Source: Candidatus Delongbacteria bacterium
GTDB taxonomy: Bacteria; CAIWAD01
Reading direction: 5' to 3'
NCBI GenBank assembly: GCA_963663545.1
Contig: OY760505.1
Span: 864,001-928,000, forward strand
DNA: 64,000 nucleotides
The notes under the pieces were generated by a model. It was not told the origin of the DNA. It searched no databases and saw nothing but the letters and a program-made list of their open reading frames with translations. Positions within the stretch are counted from its first letter, which is position 1. Each line of letters begins with the position of its first letter. Below are positions 31,502 through 41,637 of the stretch, piece by piece. A program made the translations under genes and the position numbers.

Positions 31502-32518
31502 ATGTTGTTTACATCCCCCCGCCGCGCCACGAGTGCCTTCCTGATGATTGTCACCTCGCTGATTCTGCTGCTAAGTGGCTGCGACAAGCCCAAGCTGCTG
31601 ACTCACTATGAGGTCGTCCGCGAGACCCCCCTGTACAGTCATATCACGCTTTCGATGTACTTCAACTCAGCCGCGCCCGGGGATACGCTGACCGTGCTGA
31701 AAACCTTCGACAACTGCATCTCGACCAAAGTACACGGACGCAAGCGCTACGTAAAACTGGAAGACCTGCGCCTGATTGAGGTGGCTCCCGAGGAGCGCAT
31801 CATCTCAAATACTTCGCCCCTGCCGCCAGTGGCACAGCAGTTCATGATGAAGTACGCCAATTTCTGGAACTGGCGCTTCTGGGCCATCATTGCCGGACTG
31901 GCGGTGACGCTCTTCCTCATGTTCAGCATAGGCATGGGCACGCAGATCTCGTACAGCGTGGATCACGAGACCGAAGCGCCGGGACTGGAGCTCTTCCCCG
32001 TCTTCTCCTTCGGCATTGGCGTGCTGATTGGCGTCTGGCATTTCCTGGCACCGGAGACAACGGAGGGCGCCCTCTACCATCTGGACTTCCTGCGCGTTTT
32101 CGCGGACGAAGATCCTTCGCGCACGGCCTGGTTCCTCTTCGCGATGGGCGGCCTTTTTGTGCTGTTCAATCTCTGGTTGCTGATCCGCATGCTGGTGAAG
32201 TACTTCAGCTATTCCTGGGTCCTCTATCCTTTCTATACACTGATGGGTGTCACGGCACTACTCAGCGCCGTCTACATGGCCACCGCCTCGATCGTTGTGC
32301 TGATCGCGGGCACGGTGGTCTACTTCGGCTTCAGCATGCTGGGGGGCGCCATGGGTGCGGTGGGAAACATCGGCTCTGGCGGATCCGCTTCCAGTTATGA
32401 CCAGGAGCGGGAGATCACCAGACGCGACCAAGAGGCCCTCAAGCGCCGCCAGCTCAACCAGGCGGAGTGGCACAAGGTGTACAAGGGCAAGAATATCGAT
32501 CCCAACGTGTTCAAGTGA
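31502..32518 (+). CDS. Hypothetical lipoprotein-signal membrane protein (possible SH3-like N-domain, about 5 TM)
   Basis: LLLSGC lipobox, hydrophobic segments, coding-like codon usage. Confidence 0.6.
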   Translation: MLFTSPRRATSAFLMIVTSLILLLSGCDKPKLLTHYEVVRETPLYSHITLSMYFNSAAPGDTLTVLKTFDNCISTKVHGRKRYVKLEDLRLIEVAPEERIISNTSPLPPVAQQFMMKYANFWNWRFWAIIAGLAVTLFLMFSIGMGTQISYSVDHETEAPGLELFPVFSFGIGVLIGVWHFLAPETTEGALYHLDFLRVFADEDPSRTAWFLFAMGGLFVLFNLWLLIRMLVKYFSYSWVLYPFYTLMGVTALLSAVYMATASIVVLIAGTVVYFGFSMLGGAMGAVGNIGSGGSASSYDQEREITRRDQEALKRRQLNQAEWHKVYKGKNIDPNVFK

Positions 32519-32529
32519 AGCCTTGAGCG

Positions 32530-34179
32530 CTACATCCCAGGCAACCAGAGATCGCGGCGTCTCGATCGACGCCCACATGGACGGCTTCGGCCTCCTCGTG
32601 CCGAGGGTGAAACGCTCGCCTTTGTTCTCTCCTGCGTACGCCCTCCGCTCTTCCTGGCAACCGTTTTTCCTCGGCTATCGTTGTACTCCCGTTGAAACTG
32701 CCGTGCTTGTGTCACCATTTCAGCCCCCGGTTCCGATGGAAGCTGAGGGCGCGTACTTGGTTCATGCAATACCTCATCGCTATCAAGCGCGCTGACCAGG
32801 AATCGCATTTGCCCCCGGCGGCAGCAGGTGTAGGCCAGCATCTGATCGCGCTCGTCACAACGCAATTGCGTGAGACGTCGGGCGCGCTGCTGAAATCCCG
32901 GTGTCCGCTTCACTCCCGTGACACACCACCGGCGGCCCCATTTCCTTACCATGGCAGGCTCTTCCACCGCAAGCAGAGCCAGCGCCTTCTCGACTTGTCC
33001 TTGCGGCAGCTGCATGAAGCGTGCGATTTCTTCGTCGCTGAGTCCCTGCGGATGCCAACTCAGGATCTGCAGAATCGCCGCAATCTCAGGCTCGCTGGGA
33101 AAGGCCGTTCGAATGAAGAAATCCAAAATGCCCTTGTCGCCCTTGCCGTAGAGCAAAATGCCGTAGGCCGCCTCCAGCGCCCGACCGGCCCGTCCAACCT
33201 GCTGATAGTAGGCGACCACGGATGCCGGCATCTGATAGTGTATCACAAAGGCAATGTCCGGCTTATCGAAGCCCATACCTAGCGCAGTAGTAGCCACCAG
33301 CACTTTGAGGCGGTTCCTCATTAGTTGGTCTTCAATCTGCTCGCGCTCCGGAGCTCCCGAATAGTAGGCTTTGGCCGTTATGCCGCAATGCTGCAACCAT
33401 GCGGCCACTTGCTGTGCGTCCCTGACGGTCAGCGTGTAGACGATGCCGGAGCCAGGCAGCCGGGGAAGCTGCTCCGCCAGCCAGGCCATGCGCTCACTGC
33501 GTTTGGCCAGCTCGATGTTTTGTAGCACAAGACTAGGACGCGCCAGCTCACCGCGCTGCACCTGCAGATCCGGCCCCAGGATCTGCTCAAGGTCCCGCAT
33601 CACGCGTGCGTTGGCCGTGGCCGTTGTTGCCAGCAGACGCAGACTGGCAGGTAGCTGTGGTATCACGCGCTCGATCAGCCGATAGTAGGGCCGGAAGTCG
33701 TGGCCCCAGTCGGAAATGCAATGCGCCTCATCTACCACCAGCATGGCGATCTCGCGCAGGATGGGCGACAGCACTGTATCACAGAAACCCTCGTTGGCCA
33801 GCCGCTCCGGTGAGATGAGCAGCAAGTCCGCCTGCCCTTCGCATAGAAGATGCTGGTTATGCACCCACTCCTCCCTGTTGTCCGAGTGAATGCTTACCGC
33901 TCGCAGCCCCATGCGCTCAGCCGCTTGCAACTGATTACGCATCAGCGAAAGCAGCGGCGAGATCAGAATACTTGGCCCCGCACCGCCCTCTCGCAACAGA
34001 CGACAGGCAATGAAGTAGACATAGCTCTTGCCCCAGCCGGTACGTTGTATCACCAGGAGACGCCCGCGCCCCTCCACGATGTGCCGGATCGCCTCTTCCT
34101 GTCCCTCACGGAACTCTGCCTTCGCCTGTGCGGTCCCTTCCCGCAACAGCTCGCGCGCTCGCTTCGCATCGTAGTTCAT
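32530..34179 (-). CDS. RecQ-family helicase, C-terminally shortened
   Basis: QRTGWGKS, DEAHCISDWGHDFRP, TATA, ALGMGFDKPD, YYQQVGRAGR. Confidence 0.9.
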   Translation of the reverse strand: MNYDAKRARELLREGTAQAKAEFREGQEEAIRHIVEGRGRLLVIQRTGWGKSYVYFIACRLLREGGAGPSILISPLLSLMRNQLQAAERMGLRAVSIHSDNREEWVHNQHLLCEGQADLLLISPERLANEGFCDTVLSPILREIAMLVVDEAHCISDWGHDFRPYYRLIERVIPQLPASLRLLATTATANARVMRDLEQILGPDLQVQRGELARPSLVLQNIELAKRSERMAWLAEQLPRLPGSGIVYTLTVRDAQQVAAWLQHCGITAKAYYSGAPEREQIEDQLMRNRLKVLVATTALGMGFDKPDIAFVIHYQMPASVVAYYQQVGRAGRALEAAYGILLYGKGDKGILDFFIRTAFPSEPEIAAILQILSWHPQGLSDEEIARFMQLPQGQVEKALALLAVEEPAMVRKWGRRWCVTGVKRTPGFQQRARRLTQLRCDERDQMLAYTCCRRGQMRFLVSALDSDEVLHEPSTRPQLPSEPGAEMVTQARQFQREYNDSRGKTVARKSGGRTQERTKASVSPSARGGRSRPCGRRSRRRDLWLPGM

Positions 34180-34430
34180 GCTCCCTCCTTCCCGCTTACC
34201 GATGAGCACGCCGGCAACGTGTATCACGGCTCCCTGCGTTCATCCTTGTTTGATGTGCTTTGTGATACAGACTGCGCGGGTTGCGGTTCCGGGTTTCGAG
34301 CGGATCTGGGCATCACTGCATTGCAGTGTCCAGACGCTTGGACACATTAGATCAGGCGATGCGGATAGGCGTAGGACGCACAAGCTGACCCGAAACCGCG
34401 AAGTCATCGGAATGTTGTCACACACACCGC

Positions 34431-35000
34431 CTATTGAAAGCGGAAAAGCAGTGGCAGCACGAAGAAAACGAACGCGGCCCATATGACGTAAACCGGAAGA
34501 TAGCCGGCAGCAGCCTGATGAAGGCTCTGACGGGTGCCCGTTCGCAAATGGACTAGCTGACCACGCAGGATGACGGCAAGATGTCCAAGGATCACCAGGT
34601 TCGCGCCCAGGACCACCACACGGTTTGGCGAAAAGCCGAAGGATGCTAGGCGAAAGACGATGGACGCCAGCGCCTGTAGATCAATCAGCATGGTGATGGC
34701 AAGCAGGCCAAGCGTGATCCACTCGCCAAAACTCCGCTGCTGATTCGTGCCTTGGTTGGCAATGCTCAGCAGGCTGATCAGTAAGACAACCAGCAGCAGA
34801 CCGTTCATGAGAATCAGGAAGTCGCGATCGACGAAGGGATTGCGCCCAAGCTCTAGCGCCACCGTCAGGAAAGCCGTTGACATGATTAGAAAGAGCGGGG
34901 CGAACACTCGCGCCAGTACCGCGGCGATCTTTGTACGACGTGCGAAGATGCGTTTGAAGAGATATAGGAATGCTAAAAAGTCCTGTCCGAGACACGGCAC
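34431..35000 (-). pseudogene. 3' half of a multi-pass membrane protein gene, cut at the island edge
   Basis: NPFVDRDFLILMN, GFSPNR, YLPVY..WAA resemble the C-terminal half of a larger membrane family; 5' part grades into AT-rich DNA without RBS. Confidence 0.6.
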
Positions 35001-35235
35001 AAAGACCTATGAAAATCTGCAAACTAGAATGACTGAATATCCTGATTAACCTGTTTGCGGATTATATCCCCATCATATCTATCCACGACACTTCTATTAA
35101 CAGTATCTCGCAATCTAACATCTATCATAACACCTTGATTCATCTTGTCACTTCGGCTAATTTATCGAAAACATTCTAACATTCTATTTTCTTCTGACAG
35201 TCCTGCACTTACAACATTTTTGACTATTTCAGATG

Positions 35236-36810
35236 CTAAATATCACAACCACCTCCTGATAATGCTTTTTCCATTTCTGCTAATATTTCTTTCTCTCGCA
35301 TTTTCGCTTGTTGTATACTTACTAAAATTGATTTAACTAATCGCAGAACTACAATTCCATTTGATTGCACTGAATGCTTAGCTATAGTCTCCAAACACCC
35401 ATTATCATATGTATAGCGTAACTTTGAAATTGATTTTAATTTATAGAATTTACTCCTTGAATCACTTGTGAACGCATAAAGCATGTCTACTATTCCTTGT
35501 ACTAATGGATCTTTAAATTTGTATTTATATGCCATAGTATTGCAATCCAAGTCACCAAGTAGCGACATTATTACCGGACACCTACTCATTGCTGTACCAA
35601 CATTTATTGCTACCGATCTCCAAAACCACTGATTTGATTCTATAAGTCCATTCTTCTCGTAAAAACGTACATTTTCCTCTAATTCACCTATCGTTACCAA
35701 CGGATCAAATGCAATATATCCGCAATCAAAACTCATACTAATTTCTTTTAATATTTTTATTGCTACTTCTGCTTGTTCAGCAGTATATCCCCTGTTATAT
35801 CTTTGCAATTGTGAATCTACTCCACTCTCAATTCCAATGTATAGCCTCTTTAATCCTACTGACCTATAGTCATTTAATAAACCTTTAATTGTTTCTACGT
35901 GATTGAAATCACCATTTCCTACTATGAATCCAGGTCTAACAAATATTCGAAACTGAACTTCACGTTTAGATCTCCTTCTTGCTTCATGAATAAATCTACG
36001 TATCTTATTTGCACGATCAAGATTTTGACTACAATATTTGCCAAAAAAATCATCATCACAAAATTCTATAACATCAACCCCTAAATCACATATGAGATGG
36101 TTAATATCCCTTTCAATTCGGTCAATAGAAAAGCTCTCCCATCCGCGATTTCTAAAGCTATACCTCGTGCAAAACGAACACTTTCCCCATGAACATCCAC
36201 GCGAGAGCTGCGCTTGAACAACCTTAATTCCATCAACCTCTTTTGGTGTATACTTTGGCAAATATGGCAGTTTTTGCAATTTCGGAGTATTTACCGGTAG
36301 CTTACTTATACGACCACATCCATTGTCTTCTGAAAAGCTAACAACACCATCAATTTTCCTTATTGTATGGAGATTTTGCACACTCTTATTCAAACATCCC
36401 ACAATCAGCTCTATTACACGTTCAGCTTCACCTCCTACACAAAACACTTTTCCAATATCAAGACAGTTTAACGAATTAATTCGATTTAAAATCTCTTGTG
36501 GTAAATACGTTGGCAGCTGCCCCCCTAATAGCAAAATACCCGTATCTAACAAATTGAGTGTTTTTACAATATTCAAACACAGCTCGATTGTATTAGTAGA
36601 GACACTAATGCCAATAATATCATACTCGACATCAGAAGCATAGTTTTCCACAAAGCAATCAATAGTATCACATTCAATGCGATCAATAAGAATCGAGTCA
36701 CCGTAGACACCCAGCAAATGTCCCTCTAACGCATCAAGCGACAACATATTCCAAAATGAATAATGATCAATTGACCTCAAACCTACGAACAAAATCCTTA
36801 TAAAAGGCAT
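35236..36810 (-). CDS. Cobalamin-dependent radical SAM enzyme, OxsB/AlsB-like
   Basis: B12-binding Rossmann motifs (DIIGISV, GGQLPT, GEAE); SRGCSWGKCSFC; DDDFFG; IGIESG; GYIAFDP; C-terminal LDCNTMAY..KF.D and Y.LKS..K. Confidence 0.85.
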   Translation of the reverse strand: MPFIRILFVGLRSIDHYSFWNMLSLDALEGHLLGVYGDSILIDRIECDTIDCFVENYASDVEYDIIGISVSTNTIELCLNIVKTLNLLDTGILLLGGQLPTYLPQEILNRINSLNCLDIGKVFCVGGEAERVIELIVGCLNKSVQNLHTIRKIDGVVSFSEDNGCGRISKLPVNTPKLQKLPYLPKYTPKEVDGIKVVQAQLSRGCSWGKCSFCTRYSFRNRGWESFSIDRIERDINHLICDLGVDVIEFCDDDFFGKYCSQNLDRANKIRRFIHEARRRSKREVQFRIFVRPGFIVGNGDFNHVETIKGLLNDYRSVGLKRLYIGIESGVDSQLQRYNRGYTAEQAEVAIKILKEISMSFDCGYIAFDPLVTIGELEENVRFYEKNGLIESNQWFWRSVAINVGTAMSRCPVIMSLLGDLDCNTMAYKYKFKDPLVQGIVDMLYAFTSDSRSKFYKLKSISKLRYTYDNGCLETIAKHSVQSNGIVVLRLVKSILVSIQQAKMREKEILAEMEKALSGGGCDI

Positions 36811-36826
36811 TATTTAACTCACTAAT

Positions 36827-38062
36827 TTATTGTTCAATCATTGCTTGTATTTCTTCCGATACTTTATCACAAGAGTATTCGTATTCACTAGCTTTATCGC
36901 CGTTAGATTTTCGCATCTTCACCTTAAATACTGTGCCGTCGTTACTAAAATTTGGTAGCACGCCACCCATGCGATACGGGACAGTAAACATAACTTCCAC
37001 ATTGTTACCATCTTGCGACCTTTGAAAATTCAGCAAATCATGAACAACTCTATTATCGTTAACCAGTATTTGCAGCATTAGAGCTCCTGCAGCCCTGCAC
37101 CCAGAGAACAAAAATACATATTTGCTATCGTTTTCCTTTGCCCATGGGTTTTTACAGCATGAGATTAACGCATAATCAGTATGTGTCATGTTTTCCTGCG
37201 ACTCATTTGAAACAGTAGGACAACACATAATACCATTCGCAATTATACAGGCCATATTTGTTTCACCACATACACCTGTTCTAGAACCGCTAGTACATTC
37301 AGAATTCCCAGGACACTTAATGAAACTTGCGAACAAACCTGGTTGATCGCCCTGTTTTAGCATTTTATCAATAAATCTCTTTGTTACTGAGTTTGTTTTA
37401 CTACTGCCAAGAAGTATTAGATTACGGTCGCCTAATTTTTCTTCTTCTGATCCGACTTCACAACTACATTTTATTCTTACTCTCCTATCACCAAGAACCG
37501 ATTGAACAACACCATACAGCTTCATTGCCAATAAGCTTTCTTGTAATATTAATGGTATACTAGAAGATGTTTTTGCTAAATCACCACGTCTATGTTTTAA
37601 ATCATTACTAACAACATCACTCCAATAACTATCTTTTTCTGAGTCAATTTTATGTGAGAATATCACATCAACTCTTGCTCCTGACGCATAAATCTCATCA
37701 AGATGAAGAAATTGTGCCAGAGGCTTATATCCAGCAGTATCGGCCATATGAGTTTCGAGTAACTCAACTATCCTATAACAATTTTTGTCAATTCTTGAAC
37801 ATTTGGATACATTAGATAACAGTTCACCTATAGCACGCTTGGATTTTGCAATAGCATTATTAAAACGCAAAAACATCACTACAACACCTATAACTATATA
37901 AATAGTGATTATAATAATCATTAACCACAGAAGTTGGCTATTCACCATCCCGAGTTTAAAATGCGACGCCAAAAGTCCAGATACGGCAGTAACCAACGGC
38001 GAATAGCGCCAAACAATTTTCCATATCCTCTTCCAGATGGTGTTTTTCCTGTCGTTTGGCAT
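36827..38062 (-). CDS. Uncharacterised protein with two N-terminal hydrophobic segments and a Cys-rich alpha/beta domain
   Basis: 411 aa open in AT-rich DNA; NLILLGS.KTN..T, DYALI...NPW, VFLFSGC..AG; 16 nt upstream of the radical SAM gene. Confidence 0.8.
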   Translation of the reverse strand: MPNDRKNTIWKRIWKIVWRYSPLVTAVSGLLASHFKLGMVNSQLLWLMIIIITIYIVIGVVVMFLRFNNAIAKSKRAIGELLSNVSKCSRIDKNCYRIVELLETHMADTAGYKPLAQFLHLDEIYASGARVDVIFSHKIDSEKDSYWSDVVSNDLKHRRGDLAKTSSSIPLILQESLLAMKLYGVVQSVLGDRRVRIKCSCEVGSEEEKLGDRNLILLGSSKTNSVTKRFIDKMLKQGDQPGLFASFIKCPGNSECTSGSRTGVCGETNMACIIANGIMCCPTVSNESQENMTHTDYALISCCKNPWAKENDSKYVFLFSGCRAAGALMLQILVNDNRVVHDLLNFQRSQDGNNVEVMFTVPYRMGGVLPNFSNDGTVFKVKMRKSNGDKASEYEYSCDKVSEEIQAMIEQ

Positions 38063-38271
38063 ACTTCACACCTGCTGACATTTATTCTTAACTACCTTCT
38101 GTCTGTTCCGGAGCCAAGCTACTATGTAATGCTGTTTTGAGCCAGCACTTTCGAGTAGATATCAGACAAGCTCTTCTCTCGATACTGTAGGAACTCTTCA
38201 TCTGAGACATCTCAGACCACACAGGGTCGAAATTGAGTTCTAGATCATACACACCAGCTTTGATCGCTAAT

Positions 38272-38950
38272 CCTGATTACCTAGTATCCTCCGATTACCG
38301 CAGGCTGCCCAGCGGCCTTTTCGTGGAGCTGGCAGCAGCTCGTAGCAATCTGCATAACAGCCCCTGCTGGTTGAACCTGCAATTGATGAGAAACAGAAGT
38401 AGGCCGAAGTAGCGAGGCAGGTAGCGAGCTTCTGACTTGTGGTGCACACCAACGAGGCTGGTCTTCAGATTGCCCAGGATCGGGTTCGCCCAGCGAAAGA
38501 CAATTTCCAGCAAACGCTTTCTACCCTTGACCGCATTCGGAGCGTAATCCTGAGCAGTTTCCTTGATCGCCGGAAAGCCCCCGAGGGCATCAGAAAACAC
38601 AAAGGCCTGAGCCGCGAAACGCTGGCTTGCTCAAGCTGAAACAGGGATTCGCGGAAGTTGGGAAGGACGCTATGACAAGATGACGCACGCCATTGTTCTC
38701 ATTACGATCCACAGCAAACACAAAGGGTGTCTTGTACGGGAATCCGCGTCCGGTCTTCTACTCAGGACGTTTTCCTCCATGTACGCATCGTCTATTTCAA
38801 TCGTTTTCATCAAAATGCGACCCACCTCCTGACTGACAACTACGTCCATCAGCTTGTGCATCATCAGCCAGGCGGTGCAGTATGTGTCCTATTGTGCAGC
38901 CACAACACAGATAGACCAAGTCTCAAGGCCAACGGCATTTGTGATAAATG
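38272..38950 (-). pseudogene. IS1595-family (ISXO2-like) transposase remnant with right end ...GGTAATCAGG
   Basis: Fragments in different frames: HKLM...IEIDDAY; SDAL..F; FRWANPILGNLKTSL.G.HH...YLPRY...RFN. Confidence 0.85.
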
Positions 38951-39147
38951 ATCGGGACCAATCTTTAGTAAGCACATAGCAATAGTACACGCGGATCTGT
39001 ACCGAAAGTCCTATCTAAGCACAGCCATTCAATTATATAAATATGCCGTCCAGCAAGCGGAACCCGATCCCCGGTGAGTTGATCGACGCGTAGAAGTCTA
39101 CTCATCCACAGGATCGACAGCGATAGCAATACCCTGATCCAGAAAGG

Positions 39148-39576
39148 TCAAAGACTAAGCAAGACGATGCCGCCCACGGTCAGCAGCATGCCGAGCGCCG
39201 TTTTCAGAGTCAAGGTCTCGCCGCCCAGCATCAAGCCCATCAAGGCACCGAAGAGTGGAGAAGTAAACGCAATGGGCATCACGCGATTCAGCGGAGCGCC
39301 CTTCAGCGCGGCGTAAAAGCAGAGCATGCCGCCAGCACCGGCCACCACGCCACCGCCGATGACCATCATCCACAAGGCGCGCGGTGGAGCGGAGAGCAAC
39401 AACTTCCACTGGGGCGCACTCACCAAGCCCAGGATCAGCAGTGCCACGGCGGTACGAATGCTAATGCCCAGCTGAGGCGACAGATGCCCCATGTGCAGGC
39501 CCTTTTTCTCGAAGTAGCCGCCAATGCCCCAGGCGGCGGCCGTGAACAGTGCCAGAAGCTGTGGATTGAACTTCAT
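39148..39576 (-). CDS. EamA/DMT-family small transporter
   Basis: AWGIG..FEK.GL, FYAALK, V.PI, GETLTLK. Confidence 0.88.
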   Translation of the reverse strand: MKFNPQLLALFTAAAWGIGGYFEKKGLHMGHLSPQLGISIRTAVALLILGLVSAPQWKLLLSAPPRALWMMVIGGGVVAGAGGMLCFYAALKGAPLNRVMPIAFTSPLFGALMGLMLGGETLTLKTALGMLLTVGGIVLLSL

Positions 39577-40016
39577 CGGGTCAGCCCTTCTTCGCTCAGA
39601 ATGCGACTCAGGATATCGGCGGCTCCCAGAACAATGCCCGGGCAGAGCTTGTGCTGCTCCGCCAGCACTTCTTCGCGGCTGCGGTTCGTTTGGGGAACCA
39701 GATGATCGCAGCGGTGCTCGCCATACTGGCTGCGAAACTCCTCGATGAAGTGCTTGGCGGTATTGCGGCAGCGCTGCTTCACGTCAAGATCACCGGCGCT
39801 GACGCGCCCTTGCGCCAGGCCTATGACCAGAAGCGCACCACCGATGGCACCGCACATCTCACCCGTTCCCGCCATGCCGCCACTCAGAGGATCGGCCAAA
39901 CGCGAGGCCAGAGTGGGCTCCAGGCCGAACTCGTCTGCCCACGCCATCAGAATGGCCTGACTGCAGGACCACCCCTCTTCGTACAACTGTTTCGCTTTCA
40001 GTGCGCGGTTGATCAT
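39573..40016 (-). CDS. C-GCAxxG-C-C family putative redox protein
   Basis: CSQAIL, GGM, MCGAIGG, G..RCD.L, C..IV; ATG 40,016 after GAGG. Confidence 0.88.
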   Translation of the reverse strand: MINRALKAKQLYEEGWSCSQAILMAWADEFGLEPTLASRLADPLSGGMAGTGEMCGAIGGALLVIGLAQGRVSAGDLDVKQRCRNTAKHFIEEFRSQYGEHRCDHLVPQTNRSREEVLAEQHKLCPGIVLGAADILSRILSEEGLTR

Positions 40017-40017
40017 C

Positions 40018-40749
40018 TCATCCTCTTGTACCGAAGTCGTCCAGAATGCGACGGCAAAGTCCCACCTCCTCCGCGTCACACATGCGATCGGCACCATAAG
40101 CACCCGCATCATGTGTGACACTCGCTCCCACATGCACGGCATGCAGGCCGGAAATGCGCAACAAGGGTTCCAGATTGCCATGTCTCACGCTGCCAGCGGC
40201 AATCAGCTCCAACCCATCGCCCACAGATTCCATCCACTCATGCAGCGTGTGACGGCCGCGATAGGCGGTTTCGGCCATCCCACTGCTAAGCAGGCGTCGG
40301 CAACCAACACGCATCAGCTCCTGCAGAGCTGCTTTCGGATTCTTCAGCTGATCGAAAGCGCGATGAAAAGTAACCGGCAGGGGTGCCGCCGCCTGTATCA
40401 CACACTCCAAAGAAGGCAGATCCAACTCGCCTGAAGGAAGAAGCGCGCCAAAGACAAAGCCATTGGCTCCTGCTTTTCGCAGGGCATTCAAATCCACCAT
40501 CAGCTGCCCCAGCTCTTCGCGATGGATTGTGAAGGAGCCACCGCGCGGCCTGAGCATGCAAACCAGGTCCGCCGTTGTTGTATCACGAAGCGTCTGCACA
40601 AAGCCGGGTGTAGGAGTCAGGCCGCCCTCGGAAAGGGCCGAACAGAGCTCAAGTCTGTCGGCACCCGCTCCCAGGGCGGCCTGTGCTGATGTCAGATTAT
40701 CAACGCAGACCTCCAGGAGGATCTGCGTCTGCGTATCACGCTGTATCAC
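40018..40749 (-). CDS. cutC: Copper homeostasis protein CutC
   Basis: LEVCVD, GADRLELC, GGLTPT, MLRPRGG.F, TFHRAFD. Confidence 0.92.
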   Translation of the reverse strand: MIQRDTQTQILLEVCVDNLTSAQAALGAGADRLELCSALSEGGLTPTPGFVQTLRDTTTADLVCMLRPRGGSFTIHREELGQLMVDLNALRKAGANGFVFGALLPSGELDLPSLECVIQAAAPLPVTFHRAFDQLKNPKAALQELMRVGCRRLLSSGMAETAYRGRHTLHEWMESVGDGLELIAAGSVRHGNLEPLLRISGLHAVHVGASVTHDAGAYGADRMCDAEEVGLCRRILDDFGTRG

Positions 40750-40755
40750 GCGCGA

Positions 40756-41613
40756 TCAATCTCCCGCCTGTACAATGGGTTGTGTGGCCTTGTCGGAGCA
40801 AAGCACCACCATCAGATTGCCCACCAGCCGAGCTTTCTCGTGGTCGTCCATGGCCACCACATTCGTCTCTGCCAACTGGCTAAGCGCCATCTGCACCATG
40901 CCCACGGCGCCGTCAACGATTTTCTGGCGTGCGTCAATGATGGCTTCGGCCTGCTGACGCTGCAGCATGGCACTGGCAATCTCGCTGGCATAAGCCAGGT
41001 GATTGATGCGGGCCTCGACGACTTCCACTCCAGCCGTCTTCACACGCTCCTGGATCTCCCGCTGCAAAGTATCGTTGACTTCGTCCAGCGAACTGCGCAA
41101 GCTGTGGCTCTCGCCCTCGGTGTCGTCGTAGGCATAGCTGGTTGCCAAATGACGCAGCGCGGACTCGGACTGCACAATCACGTAGTCGCGGAAGTCCTCT
41201 ACATCAAAGGTCGCCTGAGCGGTTTCTGTAACACGCCATACCACCACCGCCGAGATATCGATGGGGTTGCCCTTCTTGTCGTTGACCTTGATTTTCTCGC
41301 TGTCGAAGTTGCGTACCCGCAGGCTGATTTTGCGCTTGGTGTAGAAGGGGTTGGCCCAGCGGAAACCCGCCGTCTTCTCCGTCCCCGCATACTGGCCGAA
41401 GAGCAGCATGACAACGGCTTGATTGGGCTCCAGCATGAAGAGACCGCCCAGTACCAGCAGCCCGATGAAGAAAAGCAGAATCATGGAAACGAGTAGCGCT
41501 ATGCTGTGAAAGGCCAGGCCGCATACAAAGCCGGCCACGCTACCCAGTCCCACCAGCACGCCCAGAAAGAGCATGCCCCAGCCACTGGCGGTACGTCCCT
41601 GTCTTTCCTGCAT
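40756..41613 (-). CDS. SPFH (band 7) domain protein
   Basis: Two TM, KVND..GNPI.I..VVVWRV, QSESALR, AMLQRQQA, NLMVVLC. Confidence 0.92.
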   Translation of the reverse strand: MQERQGRTASGWGMLFLGVLVGLGSVAGFVCGLAFHSIALLVSMILLFFIGLLVLGGLFMLEPNQAVVMLLFGQYAGTEKTAGFRWANPFYTKRKISLRVRNFDSEKIKVNDKKGNPIDISAVVVWRVTETAQATFDVEDFRDYVIVQSESALRHLATSYAYDDTEGESHSLRSSLDEVNDTLQREIQERVKTAGVEVVEARINHLAYASEIASAMLQRQQAEAIIDARQKIVDGAVGMVQMALSQLAETNVVAMDDHEKARLVGNLMVVLCSDKATQPIVQAGD

Positions 41614-41637
41614 CCGTAATCCTCCTCTTTGCAGGGT

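Larger units (their letters stand above)
35041..39100. mobile_element. AT-rich genomic island associated with an IS1595 remnant
   Basis: Abrupt compositional shift near 35,040; host heptamer nearly absent; right boundary approximate. Confidence 0.8.

Noticed and set aside
35161..35240. Frameshifted C-terminal extension of the radical SAM gene (LASEIVKNVVSAG...)
   Set aside because: A short open stretch in another frame cannot be told from chance without homologues or reads.
35236..36810. Prokaryotic viperin or RiPP maturase
   Set aside because: It has a B12-binding domain (absent from viperins) and no SPASM/RRE; the nearby 39-codon ORF lacks an RBS and looks like a truncated gene.
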